Below, in pieces: positions 48,569 through 57,024 of a DNA stretch of 64,000 nucleotides. The DNA lies in the NCBI GenBank assembly GCA_964495685.1, contig CAZBVQ010000003.1, positions 4,824 to 68,823 of the forward strand. Reading direction: 5' to 3'. The stretch's first letter is position 1. Each line of letters opens with the position of its first letter. The notes under the pieces were generated by a model that was not told the origin of the DNA, ran no database searches, and saw nothing but the letters and a program-made list of their open reading frames with translations. The position numbers and the translations under genes were made by a program. The stretch is from an uncultured Candidatus Saccharibacteria bacterium (GTDB lineage: Bacteria; Patescibacteriota; Minisyncoccia; Phycocordibacterales; PALSA-1337).

Positions 48569-49072
48569 ATGACTACAACTACTCACGACGAACAGTCGGT
48601 GTACGAGGTCGGATATCTTATCGTGTCATCGATTCCGGAGGAGAAAGTTCCGGAAGAAGGTGAGGCGGTGAAGAAAATTATCACAGACGCGGGCGCTTCG
48701 GTTATTGCCGAAGAGGCACCGCATCGCGAGCATCTTGCCTATACAATTAGCAAGAAGACCGTTTCTGGTGGCTACGATCGTTATGACGTTGCCCACTTCG
48801 GATGGGTCAAGTTCGAGCTTGGATCGGACAAGGTCGAGGCCGTCAAGAAGGCCATCGAGCTCCGTCCATCAGTGCTCCGCACATTACTCATCAGTACCGT
48901 TCGTGACACTACCTATCTTGGTAAGCGCGCTCCAGCATTCACGCCTATGGCGACCACCGTTAGTGCCCCAGCTACGATCTCGGGTGCTCTCGCAGATGAG
49001 AAAAAAGACGTCGCTCCAGCGACGGTCGAGGAGATGGACAAGAGCATCGACAACATGGTGAAAGAGGTATAA
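48569..49072 (+). CDS. rpsF: 30S ribosomal protein S6
   Basis: YE.GY, LAYTI.K, VLR.L; rpsF-ssb-rpsR synteny. Confidence 0.9.
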   Translation: MTTTTHDEQSVYEVGYLIVSSIPEEKVPEEGEAVKKIITDAGASVIAEEAPHREHLAYTISKKTVSGGYDRYDVAHFGWVKFELGSDKVEAVKKAIELRPSVLRTLLISTVRDTTYLGKRAPAFTPMATTVSAPATISGALADEKKDVAPATVEEMDKSIDNMVKEV

Positions 49073-49136
49073 TTATCAAACACCGCGTTCCGGCGTATAG
49101 ATTACAAGGAATACGGCGTAATCTCTCACAACCAGT

Positions 49137-49586
49137 ATGTATCTCAACAAAGCGTTCGTTATAGGGAATCTAACTCGTGATCCAGAGCTCAAAGCTCTGC
49201 CATCGGGTACCAAGGTATGTAGCTTCGCAGTCGCGACCAATCGTTCGTTCAAAGACAAAGAGGGCAATCGTCAAGATGCCAGTGAATTCCACAACATCGT
49301 AGCATTTGCCCGATTGGCTGAGCTGGTCGCTCAGTATATGAAGAAGGGTTCACAGGTATATGTCGAAGGTCGTCTCCAGACACGTTCCTGGGAAGACAAG
49401 AATGGTGGTGGTATGAAATATCGCACCGAAATTGTCGCTGAGGCCATCCAGTTCGGTAATCGTCCGACTGGCGCCGGAGCCCCAGCTTCGACAGGCAAGA
49501 AGGGTGCCGCAGCAACGCCAGATGTTCCATCAGACAAGATTGATTATCCGACCGAAGAGATCAACCCGGAGGATATACCGTTCTAA
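49137..49586 (+). CDS. ssb: single-stranded DNA-binding protein
   Basis: NK...[19 protein letters not shown]-terminal DIPF. Confidence 0.97.
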   Translation: MYLNKAFVIGNLTRDPELKALPSGTKVCSFAVATNRSFKDKEGNRQDASEFHNIVAFARLAELVAQYMKKGSQVYVEGRLQTRSWEDKNGGGMKYRTEIVAEAIQFGNRPTGAGAPASTGKKGAAATPDVPSDKIDYPTEEINPEDIPF

Positions 49587-49678
49587 GAATCAAACTATTA
49601 AACCATTTAACAATTTCACAATTCAACAGCGGACAATCTTTGAATAGTTCTTTTGTCGAATTGTCGAATCTTATTATC

Positions 49679-49882
49679 ATGAAGAAACAGTGTTATTTCT
49701 CCCAGCATAATATCCAGTATATCGATTACAAGGATACCGAGATCTTGAAGAAGTTCCTCAATCCGCATGGACGCATCCTCTCGAGGAAGCGCACCGGTAT
49801 TGCTGCCAAGTACCAGCGTCAGTTGGCTACTGCAGTCAAGCGTGCGAGGTTCATGGGCTTGTTGCCGTACGTGGCGAGCTAA
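49679..49882 (+). CDS. rpsR: 30S ribosomal protein S18
   Basis: IDYKD, QRQL..AVKRAR..GLLPY. Confidence 0.96.
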   Translation: MKKQCYFSQHNIQYIDYKDTEILKKFLNPHGRILSRKRTGIAAKYQRQLATAVKRARFMGLLPYVAS

Positions 49883-49895
49883 TCGGGCAAGCATC

Positions 49896-50021
49896 AAAAC
49901 CGATTCAGTATTCTGTTCCAGAGACACGGAATTTGTGTGTATACAAATTCCTCTGTCCTCGATGATTTTGTGCTCAAAATCATCTGCGGGGGTCTCTTAC
50001 ACAGAACACTGAATCGGTTTT
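49896..50021. repeat. branched palindromic element between rpsR and efp
   Basis: AAAACCGATTCAGT/ACTGAATCGGTTTT outer stem enclosing two inner hairpins. Confidence 0.8.
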
Positions 50022-50059
50022 TGGTATAGCTAAATTATCGCTGCACGTACAGGATAAGC

Positions 50060-50632
50060 CTATTTGCCTACACGCTCACGATATTCACCAGTCTCGGTGT
50101 TGACTCTGATGATATCTCCTTCGTTGACGAAGAGGGGAGCGTTGATGGTCGCACCAGTCTCGAGAGTGACAACCTTGTTGCCACCGGTGGCGGTATCACC
50201 CTTTATGCCTGGAGGAGCTTCAGTTACTCTGAGGTCGACGGTGATCGGCATCTTGAAGCCCATAGGCTGTTCATCGAACAAGAATTGCTCAACGACGGTG
50301 TTAGGTTTGAGGAACTTGGCCTGAGGGCCAGCTTGATCCTCAGTGATCTTGAAGCGCTTGGAAGGGTCTTCAGCTTCACAGAACCACCATTCACCGCGGT
50401 TGGCGTAGAGGAATTTGACTTCACGACTATCGATCTCTGCCTCCTCGATCTTCTCAGACTGGTGGAATGAGTACTCGGTAACCTTGCCCGTCATGAGGTT
50501 CTTGAGCTTGGTAGCATTGACCGGCTTGCGCTGCTGTTTGCGGAAGACGTGAGATGAGAGCACTTCGTAAGGAGCGCCGTCGAGGACAATATATTTCTTT
50601 TCGGTTACTTCGTTATATTCGAGGAGGGACAT
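50060..50632 (-). CDS. efp: elongation factor P
   Basis: KLKNL.TG, PGIKGDT, LETG...P.F...GD.I.V.T.TGEY.ER. Confidence 0.95.
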   Translation of the reverse strand: MSLLEYNEVTEKKYIVLDGAPYEVLSSHVFRKQQRKPVNATKLKNLMTGKVTEYSFHQSEKIEEAEIDSREVKFLYANRGEWWFCEAEDPSKRFKITEDQAGPQAKFLKPNTVVEQFLFDEQPMGFKMPITVDLRVTEAPPGIKGDTATGGNKVVTLETGATINAPLFVNEGDIIRVNTETGEYRERVGK

Positions 50633-50736
50633 GGGGATTTGTGTTTAGTTGATAGCTCGGGTAGTCTAGCTGGTTTTGTGGGAAAAGGCAAAAAAGCCGC
50701 GGACACAGGTGGTCCGCGGCTCGAAAAGTGTAATGC

Positions 50737-51126
50737 CTATGAGCGTATTCTTTGTTGGGAGAACTCTTTCCCTGCGATGGGAAATAGCATGTGAGCGATG
50801 GTGGATGTCTCAAAAAATTCACGGGTATTCATCATCATACAGACACCTTTTTTGCTCCGTGCGTTGTAGGTTCCAATGAAATAGTAACGTTCGTCCATTT
50901 TTGTGCTCAGTGTCCCTATCCGATATGCCACAAAGGAAAACTCTTCACCTGCATAATGGCTATAGGAGGGATCGCCACCAATATGAGTTATGAACAAGAC
51001 GTGCCCCTCACGACTTTCTCCTGCGAATGTGAATTTGGTGGCTAGTTCTTCTTGTGTTAGGACTCCACTCTTGAACAAAAGGTTCTTGAATCCTGGCCCA
51101 TCGATTATCTTTAACATGGTCGGCAT
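50737..51126 (-). CDS. hypothetical orphan protein
   Basis: 129 aa ORF with GAAAGG site and downstream hairpin plus T-run. Confidence 0.55.
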   Translation of the reverse strand: MPTMLKIIDGPGFKNLLFKSGVLTQEELATKFTFAGESREGHVLFITHIGGDPSYSHYAGEEFSFVAYRIGTLSTKMDERYYFIGTYNARSKKGVCMMMNTREFFETSTIAHMLFPIAGKEFSQQRIRS

Positions 51127-51271
51127 AGAATGCCCTTTCTTTGTCGGGAACTCACATGTAATTCAGTGTACATGCTGACACTCTTATTGGGCATATTCCA
51201 GATATCCCAATGACTGGATCATAAGATCACAGAATGACCAATGACATTTTACATTGTTTTTTGTTTTTGTC

Positions 51272-51305
51272 AAAAACACCCTTTCCTATTGGGAAGGGGT
51301 GTTTT
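51272..51305. terminator. intrinsic terminator after recA
   Basis: AAAAACACCCTTTCC/GGAAGGGGTGTTTT. Confidence 0.75.
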
Positions 51306-51324
51306 CGTCTAACCACCAAATTTT

Positions 51325-52410
51325 TTACTGCCCACCCAGCTTGGCACGTATCTCTTTGAGCACATCATTCTTGACCTTCACATTTTCTTTCAAGAACTGT
51401 CTCGTCGCATCATAGCCGCGACCGAGTTTCACGTCACCGAATGAGTAGGAAGATCCTGACTTGGAGAGAATTTCATACTTTTCACCGAGGGCGATGATTT
51501 CTCCTTCTTGGGAAATACCTTCGTTGTACATGAGATCGAACTCTGTTTGCTTGAACGGGGCAGCAACTTTATTCTTGACCACCTTCACGCGTACACGGCC
51601 TCCCATGATTTCTTCACCCTTCTTGATTTGAGCGATGCGGCGGATGTCGAGACGGACTGAGGCGTAGAACTTCAAGGCTTTGCCACCTGGAGTCGTTTCG
51701 GGATTGCCAAACATGACACCGATCTGCATACGGATCTGGTTGATGAAGATGACCACGGTCTTGGACTTGGCGGTTATGGCTGTCATTTTGCGGAGAGCTT
51801 GAGACATGAGTCTTGCTTGTGCGCCGACGTGGTGTGCGCCCATGTCACCCTCGATTTCTGCTCGGGGGGTGAGTGCCGCTACTGAGTCAATAACAATAAC
51901 GTCCATTTTATTGGTACGGACGAGGCTGTCGACTATCTCCAGCGCTTGCTCACCAGTGTCTGGCTGGGAAATAAGGAGGTCCGTCAACTTCACACCGAGC
52001 TTGCCGGCATATTCTGGGTCCATGGCGTGCTCTGCGTCGATGTATGCGCAGACGCCGCCGAGCTTTTGTGCTTCGGCGACAACGTGGAGGGCGAGGGTTG
52101 TTTTGCCGGATGATTCGGGGCCGAATATTTCGATAATACGACCGCGGGGCATACCGCCGATACCGAGTGCCCAGTCGAGACCGAGTGAGCCAGTCGGAAT
52201 GGCATTAACGTTGACCTTCGGCTTGTCGCCGAGCTTCATGATGCTATCTTCACCGAATTTGGTGCGGATGGCGTCGAGTGCGTCAGCGATACCGGCGGCA
52301 GATTTCTTGAGGGGAGCTTTTGTTTCGGATGATTCTTCTTGTAATTCGTTCTCGGTAGAAGGGGATACAGTTTCCTGCTTCTTGACCTTCTTGTCTTTGA
52401 TTGTAGGCAT
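51325..52410 (-). CDS. recA: recombinase A
   Basis: [31 protein letters not shown]; start uncertain (52410 or 52449). Confidence 0.97.
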   Translation of the reverse strand: MPTIKDKKVKKQETVSPSTENELQEESSETKAPLKKSAAGIADALDAIRTKFGEDSIMKLGDKPKVNVNAIPTGSLGLDWALGIGGMPRGRIIEIFGPESSGKTTLALHVVAEAQKLGGVCAYIDAEHAMDPEYAGKLGVKLTDLLISQPDTGEQALEIVDSLVRTNKMDVIVIDSVAALTPRAEIEGDMGAHHVGAQARLMSQALRKMTAITAKSKTVVIFINQIRMQIGVMFGNPETTPGGKALKFYASVRLDIRRIAQIKKGEEIMGGRVRVKVVKNKVAAPFKQTEFDLMYNEGISQEGEIIALGEKYEILSKSGSSYSFGDVKLGRGYDATRQFLKENVKVKNDVLKEIRAKLGGQ

Positions 52411-52448
52411 ATCGTTATGATTAGCTGATAAATTGTGGTCATGCGACA

Positions 52449-52522
52449 ACGGCTCCGTTCGTATGACTAACAGGTTGCAGTCATGTGGCTACGGCTCCGT
52501 TCGTTTGACTCACGGGTTGCAG
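52449..52522. repeat. 32-bp direct repeat, 42-bp period, upstream of recA
   Basis: ACGGCTCCGTTCGTWTGACTMACRGGTTGCAG at 52449 and 52491. Confidence 0.85.
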
Positions 52523-52599
52523 GCGTAGGGGTATTGTATCACTAAAAGAAGGCAACAAAAAAGTCACTCAAGCTTGCCGAGCGAATTGTTTCGTGATAG

Positions 52600-52962
52600 C
52601 TATTTCCTCCACACTCTCACCGTTTCTTCTACTGTCCTACCGAATTGATCCTTCGCCTCAAGTCTGAGTATGTTGGTGCCAGGGAATATGACGATGGTCT
52701 CGTTGAAATTGCCACTCTCATCGATGGTGACGGCGCGGCCATTCAAGGTGATGATATTGGCACGTTCTACACGACCGATGATGTGAGTGGTCGTGGCATC
52801 GATAGATGCGAAATCTGTCGGATCACTGAGGATGATGTGAGGGCCGCGGGCATAGGCGAGGGAACGCCATATTGCATAGGCGACGATGAGGGCGACGATG
52901 ACGATGGCGCCAGCGATTCGGGTCAGTCGCAGGAATGAGGTACGAGTGAGGGGCATAGACAC
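52600..52962 (-). CDS. small membrane-anchored Ig-like protein
   Basis: N-terminal TM; LNG..V.ID.SG.F...PGTN...A.D.FG. Confidence 0.8.
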   Translation of the reverse strand: MSMPLTRTSFLRLTRIAGAIVIVALIVAYAIWRSLAYARGPHIILSDPTDFASIDATTTHIIGRVERANIITLNGRAVTIDESGNFNETIVIFPGTNILRLEAKDQFGRTVEETVRVWRK

Positions 52963-52992
52963 TACAGAGGATAGCAGAAAAACCTCAAAGGT

Positions 52993-55308
52993 TTAAGCTA
53001 CGCTCTCGTCTGTGGTTCCTGTGGTCGTGTCTGACATCCCAGCAGCTTCGGTCTCTGATGCTGAACTTGAACCAAATACTTCACGAGCTTTGGAGCCATT
53101 TGCAGGACCTATGACACCTTTGCCTTCAAGGAGATCCATGAGTTTGGCAGCACGGGAATAACCAACACCAAGCTTGCGCTGGAGATATGAGGTAGACGCT
53201 TTGCCACTCGAAATGACTTCTTCACGAGCTGCCTCATAAAGATCATCTTCTTCCTCGAGTGAATCGTTATCTAGCCCCATAGCATCGAATGCGGCACCGG
53301 ATCCAGCTTCGGTGGGGGCGAGGTTGATCTCACTCATGATCTCGTCCTTGTACTGATCGATGATGAACTTGACCACTTTCTTGACCTCAGCTTCCGAAAT
53401 ATATGCCGACTGCAGACGTACCGGCTTTGCCATTTCTGCACCGAGGTAGAGCATGTCACCTGCACCGAGGAGTTTCTCAGCACCTTGTTGGTCGAGGATG
53501 GTACGTGAATCGATCTGTGACGCCACTTGGAGGGCGATACGTGTCGGCACGTTGGCCTTGATGAGACCGGTGATGACGTTGACCGATGGGCGTTGCGTAG
53601 AGATGATCAAGTGAATACCGACGGCACGACTCATTTGCGCCAAGCGGACAATTGCGGATTCCAATTCTCGGGGATATGTCTGCATAATATCCGCCAACTC
53701 ATCGATGATAATGGCGATATAAGGCATAGTCTCGGGCAATTTCGGCGCATTTTCATCGGTCGGAGACGGCTGGCCAGCAGCTTTCCACTGAGCTACGGCC
53801 GGTGCCAACACATTCTTGTGATATGAATCGATATCACGAGTACCACACTTCTCGAGCACATCATAACGGCGACTCATCTCCTTACCAGCCCACTTGAGAG
53901 CTAGAATTGCTTTCTTGGGATCAGTGATGACCGGTGTGAGTAGGTGAGGGATCTTGTTGTACATGGTGAGCTCGACGCGCTTGGGGTCGATCATGATGAA
54001 CTTGAGATTCTCCGGTGAATTGCGGTAGAGGAGGGATGTGATCACGGCATGAATCGTCACTGACTTACCAGAACCAGTCGCACCAGCAACTAGGGCATGG
54101 GGCGCTTTGGCGAGATTGGCGAAATGTGATTTGCCGGCAATATCCTTGCCCAATGACATAATGAGAGGCTTCTCGGATTCCTGGAAATCGGGTGAGGCAA
54201 GAAGAGTTCCGAGGCCGACGGTGGTCTTGGCGGTGTGGGGTACTTCGATACCTACGAGGGATTTGCCCGGAATGGGTGCCTCGATACGGATAGGGTGTGC
54301 GGCCAGGGCGAGAGCCAGGTCATTGTTCAAAGCGACGATGCGTGAGAGCTTCACACCTTCGGCGGGCTTGAGTGCATATCGAGTGACTGATGGTCCGATG
54401 GATATCTCGTCCATCTCGACAGTAATATTGAAATTTTGGAGGGTGCGCTTGATGATGTTGGCATTGGCCTTGATATCACCAGTTTCTGGTTTACCTTTGT
54501 CTTTTTCGAGCAGATTGAGCGGGGGAGGGGTGAAATCTTTGAGATAGGCGACGGGAGCAGCGGCCGCAGCAAAAGGCATATCGTCATCAGAAATATCTGC
54601 TGGTTTGGTGATGCGGGGACCACGGGCGCTCTCTTCTTGACGCTTCTTCTGTTCGGCTGCTGCACGCTCGATAGCTTCACGTTCAAGATTACTCATCGGA
54701 CCCTCATGATCAAGTGAGGCCAGGGCAGCATCCACACGCTTCTCCTCATCCTTGCCCATTTTTCCAGATTTCTTGAGTGCGAGTACACCCTGAGCATCTT
54801 CATCGGCGAGTTCGTCTGTGCGTCTCCAGAACATGAGTTGTTCCCAGGTGATGTGGAGGTTGAAGGTCATGATGACTGAGACCACGAATATAGCAGCAAG
54901 AATGATAGTGGCTGCCCATACATCGAGGATACTGACGAAACCAGCAGCGATCCAACGGCCGATGACACCACCTGCTTCAGCATATGCTCGGTGAATAAGA
55001 CCCAGTCCTGAGATGAAAAATAGGGCAACACCCACAATCTTGGTTGTCTCTAGTCGACGTTCTGCGCCTTGCAGGAATGATACGCCGAGCATAGCTAGGG
55101 CAATCGGGATCAAATAATATCCGATGCCGAACCAGCTCATGAGGAATTCGTATATATAGTTACCGAAGCCGGCCTTACCGAACGCTGCCAGGAGAGAGAG
55201 GATCATGAGCAGGAAACAAAGGAGAGCCCAAATAGTGCGCACGGTTTCATCCTTCATGCTACTCAGGAATGGAGTCTTTTTTCCGAGATCTTGTTTTTTC
55301 TTTGCCAT
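52993..55308 (-). CDS. ftsK: DNA translocase FtsK/SpoIIIE
   Basis: 4-TM N-terminus, GATGSGKS, IDELAD, STQRPS, gamma domain LQRKLGVGYSRAA. Confidence 0.96.
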   Translation of the reverse strand: MAKKKQDLGKKTPFLSSMKDETVRTIWALLCFLLMILSLLAAFGKAGFGNYIYEFLMSWFGIGYYLIPIALAMLGVSFLQGAERRLETTKIVGVALFFISGLGLIHRAYAEAGGVIGRWIAAGFVSILDVWAATIILAAIFVVSVIMTFNLHITWEQLMFWRRTDELADEDAQGVLALKKSGKMGKDEEKRVDAALASLDHEGPMSNLEREAIERAAAEQKKRQEESARGPRITKPADISDDDMPFAAAAAPVAYLKDFTPPPLNLLEKDKGKPETGDIKANANIIKRTLQNFNITVEMDEISIGPSVTRYALKPAEGVKLSRIVALNNDLALALAAHPIRIEAPIPGKSLVGIEVPHTAKTTVGLGTLLASPDFQESEKPLIMSLGKDIAGKSHFANLAKAPHALVAGATGSGKSVTIHAVITSLLYRNSPENLKFIMIDPKRVELTMYNKIPHLLTPVITDPKKAILALKWAGKEMSRRYDVLEKCGTRDIDSYHKNVLAPAVAQWKAAGQPSPTDENAPKLPETMPYIAIIIDELADIMQTYPRELESAIVRLAQMSRAVGIHLIISTQRPSVNVITGLIKANVPTRIALQVASQIDSRTILDQQGAEKLLGAGDMLYLGAEMAKPVRLQSAYISEAEVKKVVKFIIDQYKDEIMSEINLAPTEAGSGAAFDAMGLDNDSLEEEDDLYEAAREEVISSGKASTSYLQRKLGVGYSRAAKLMDLLEGKGVIGPANGSKAREVFGSSSASETEAAGMSDTTTGTTDESVA

Positions 55309-55555
55309 GACCATAATCATACCATTCAATTAACATCGTCGCACTTTCTTGGCGGATTATTTTCTGTTTTTTATATCGCCATAACTCGATCCATTCTGTC
55401 TCTATTCTGTGTCATCCTTGCACAACATAATTCCTTCCTTCCAAGCATCAAAGCGCTTCGCTGGCTACATTTTCGGCTTGTCAGGAAGGAATTATGTCGT
55501 GCAAGGATGATATGTTCCAAGCTATACACACCCCACTTGCGCACAGAACGTTTTG

Positions 55556-55662
55556 GACTATAATGGACACATCAAAGACATAGACGGGACAACGATTTTT
55601 GGTAAAAGACACTAGATTTTTATAAAGGACAGAATAAGACAAAAATATGGATAAAAAGGACA
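55556..55662. repeat. helically phased GACA array
   Basis: GACA at 55566, 55577, 55588, 55608, 55628, 55638 and 55659. Confidence 0.6.
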
Positions 55663-56438
55663 GAGAAAATCAGTCACATCAGAACGACGCTTTTAAGTGG
55701 AAAAACTTAGGTTTTTTCTCTGCTGAAGAATATCTTCTGTATATTTTCAAAAAGACAGAAAAAATAACTGCAGGAATTTATCTGGTCTCAGGTCTCCTAA
55801 AAGACGACGAACCAATGAAGTGGGAATTGCGTGATCATGGTATGGAGTTGATGTCATCGTCCTTTATGGCGTCGAGCAATGTTCCTGGAGACAAAAGTGC
55901 TGTCATTCAATCGCTATTCACCTCCGCACTGGAAACAATTTCATTGTTGAATGTTGCCCGTATTTCCAACCTGATTACCGAAATGAATCATGCACTACTC
56001 GTTCGTGAAATCGATAACGTGGTAGGTATGCTCCGCGATCGTCTGGCTGAAAATGCCGAAAATGCAGGATATGTTCTTTCGGAAAATTTCTTTAAGACAC
56101 CAGAATTGTATTCGACAGGATTTCGCCCAGAAAATAATTCTCACACTGCGAGTCAGTTTGATGCTCATAAGGGACATCTCAATGTGTCGAAGTCACAAGG
56201 CTCAAATATCACAAATGTTCCACAAGGACAGCCGACGGTTCAGATGAAGAAGAATAAGCGACAAGAAGCCATATTGAATGTCCTTAAGAATCAGTCCAAT
56301 CTGACTATAAAAGACTTCTCGAGAGTCATAAAAGACTGCAGTGAGAAAACAATTCAGCGTGAATTGATAGAACTCGTAGATCGTGGCATGGTGAGGAAAG
56401 AAGGGGAGAGAAGATGGAGCCGATATTCATTGAAATAG
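55647..56438 (+). CDS. protein with helical N-domain and C-terminal DeoR-like winged HTH
   Basis: RQEAIL...LTIKDF...CSEKTIQRELIELV..G...KEGERRWSRY. Confidence 0.85.
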   Translation: MDKKDRENQSHQNDAFKWKNLGFFSAEEYLLYIFKKTEKITAGIYLVSGLLKDDEPMKWELRDHGMELMSSSFMASSNVPGDKSAVIQSLFTSALETISLLNVARISNLITEMNHALLVREIDNVVGMLRDRLAENAENAGYVLSENFFKTPELYSTGFRPENNSHTASQFDAHKGHLNVSKSQGSNITNVPQGQPTVQMKKNKRQEAILNVLKNQSNLTIKDFSRVIKDCSEKTIQRELIELVDRGMVRKEGERRWSRYSLK

Positions 56439-56666
56439 AGCTTGGATTTGTGTCAAAAAGTCCTTTTTGGGGATCGGTTGTATACTCTATATAGATATGT
56501 CATTTTACCTTGACTTTCCTAGGTATTTTGGCTACTATAGCTCTATTGACCAATAAACCTCGATTCAAGGCCATATTTCTGTAAGAATTAGGGCCTTTCA
56601 TCGTTGCAGTATATGGTCATGTAATATCTAGTTCCAAAGTGAGGTTTTGGGTTGTCCACATAGGAT

Positions 56667-56696
56667 TTGCGAGTGAGGTAGACAGTACGCTATAAT
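56667..56696 (+). promoter_or_regulatory. putative sigma70 promoter of the S-layer-like gene
   Basis: TTGCGA-N18-TATAAT, about 330 nt upstream of ATG 57025. Confidence 0.55.
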
Positions 56697-57024
56697 GCAA
56701 TGTAACGAGTGTGTAAAGTCTAACTTTATGCATTCGTTCCCAATGCGTTTCAGCACTGGGTCCCGAACTTTGACAACATAACAATAGTCAAATGTTCAAC
56801 CGATCATGCGGTTGGCGTATCTATCTTTTTTATTGAGCAATCAATAATTACAGATCGTGTGTCATCCCGTTTGATCTTTGCTTTGCCACAAAATATAGCG
56901 TCTGCGTGTCGATAGCGTGGGCGGTATATGTGGAAATGTATTATCAAGTTAGTTTACAAAATCGCATTAATCCTCTTCGTCTTATTAGTAATAAAAGAGG
57001 AGTGCGTTAAATTAGAAAATAGAC

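Noticed and set aside
52449-52522. CRISPR array
   Set aside because: Only two repeats, a 10-nt spacer, and no cas genes in the window.
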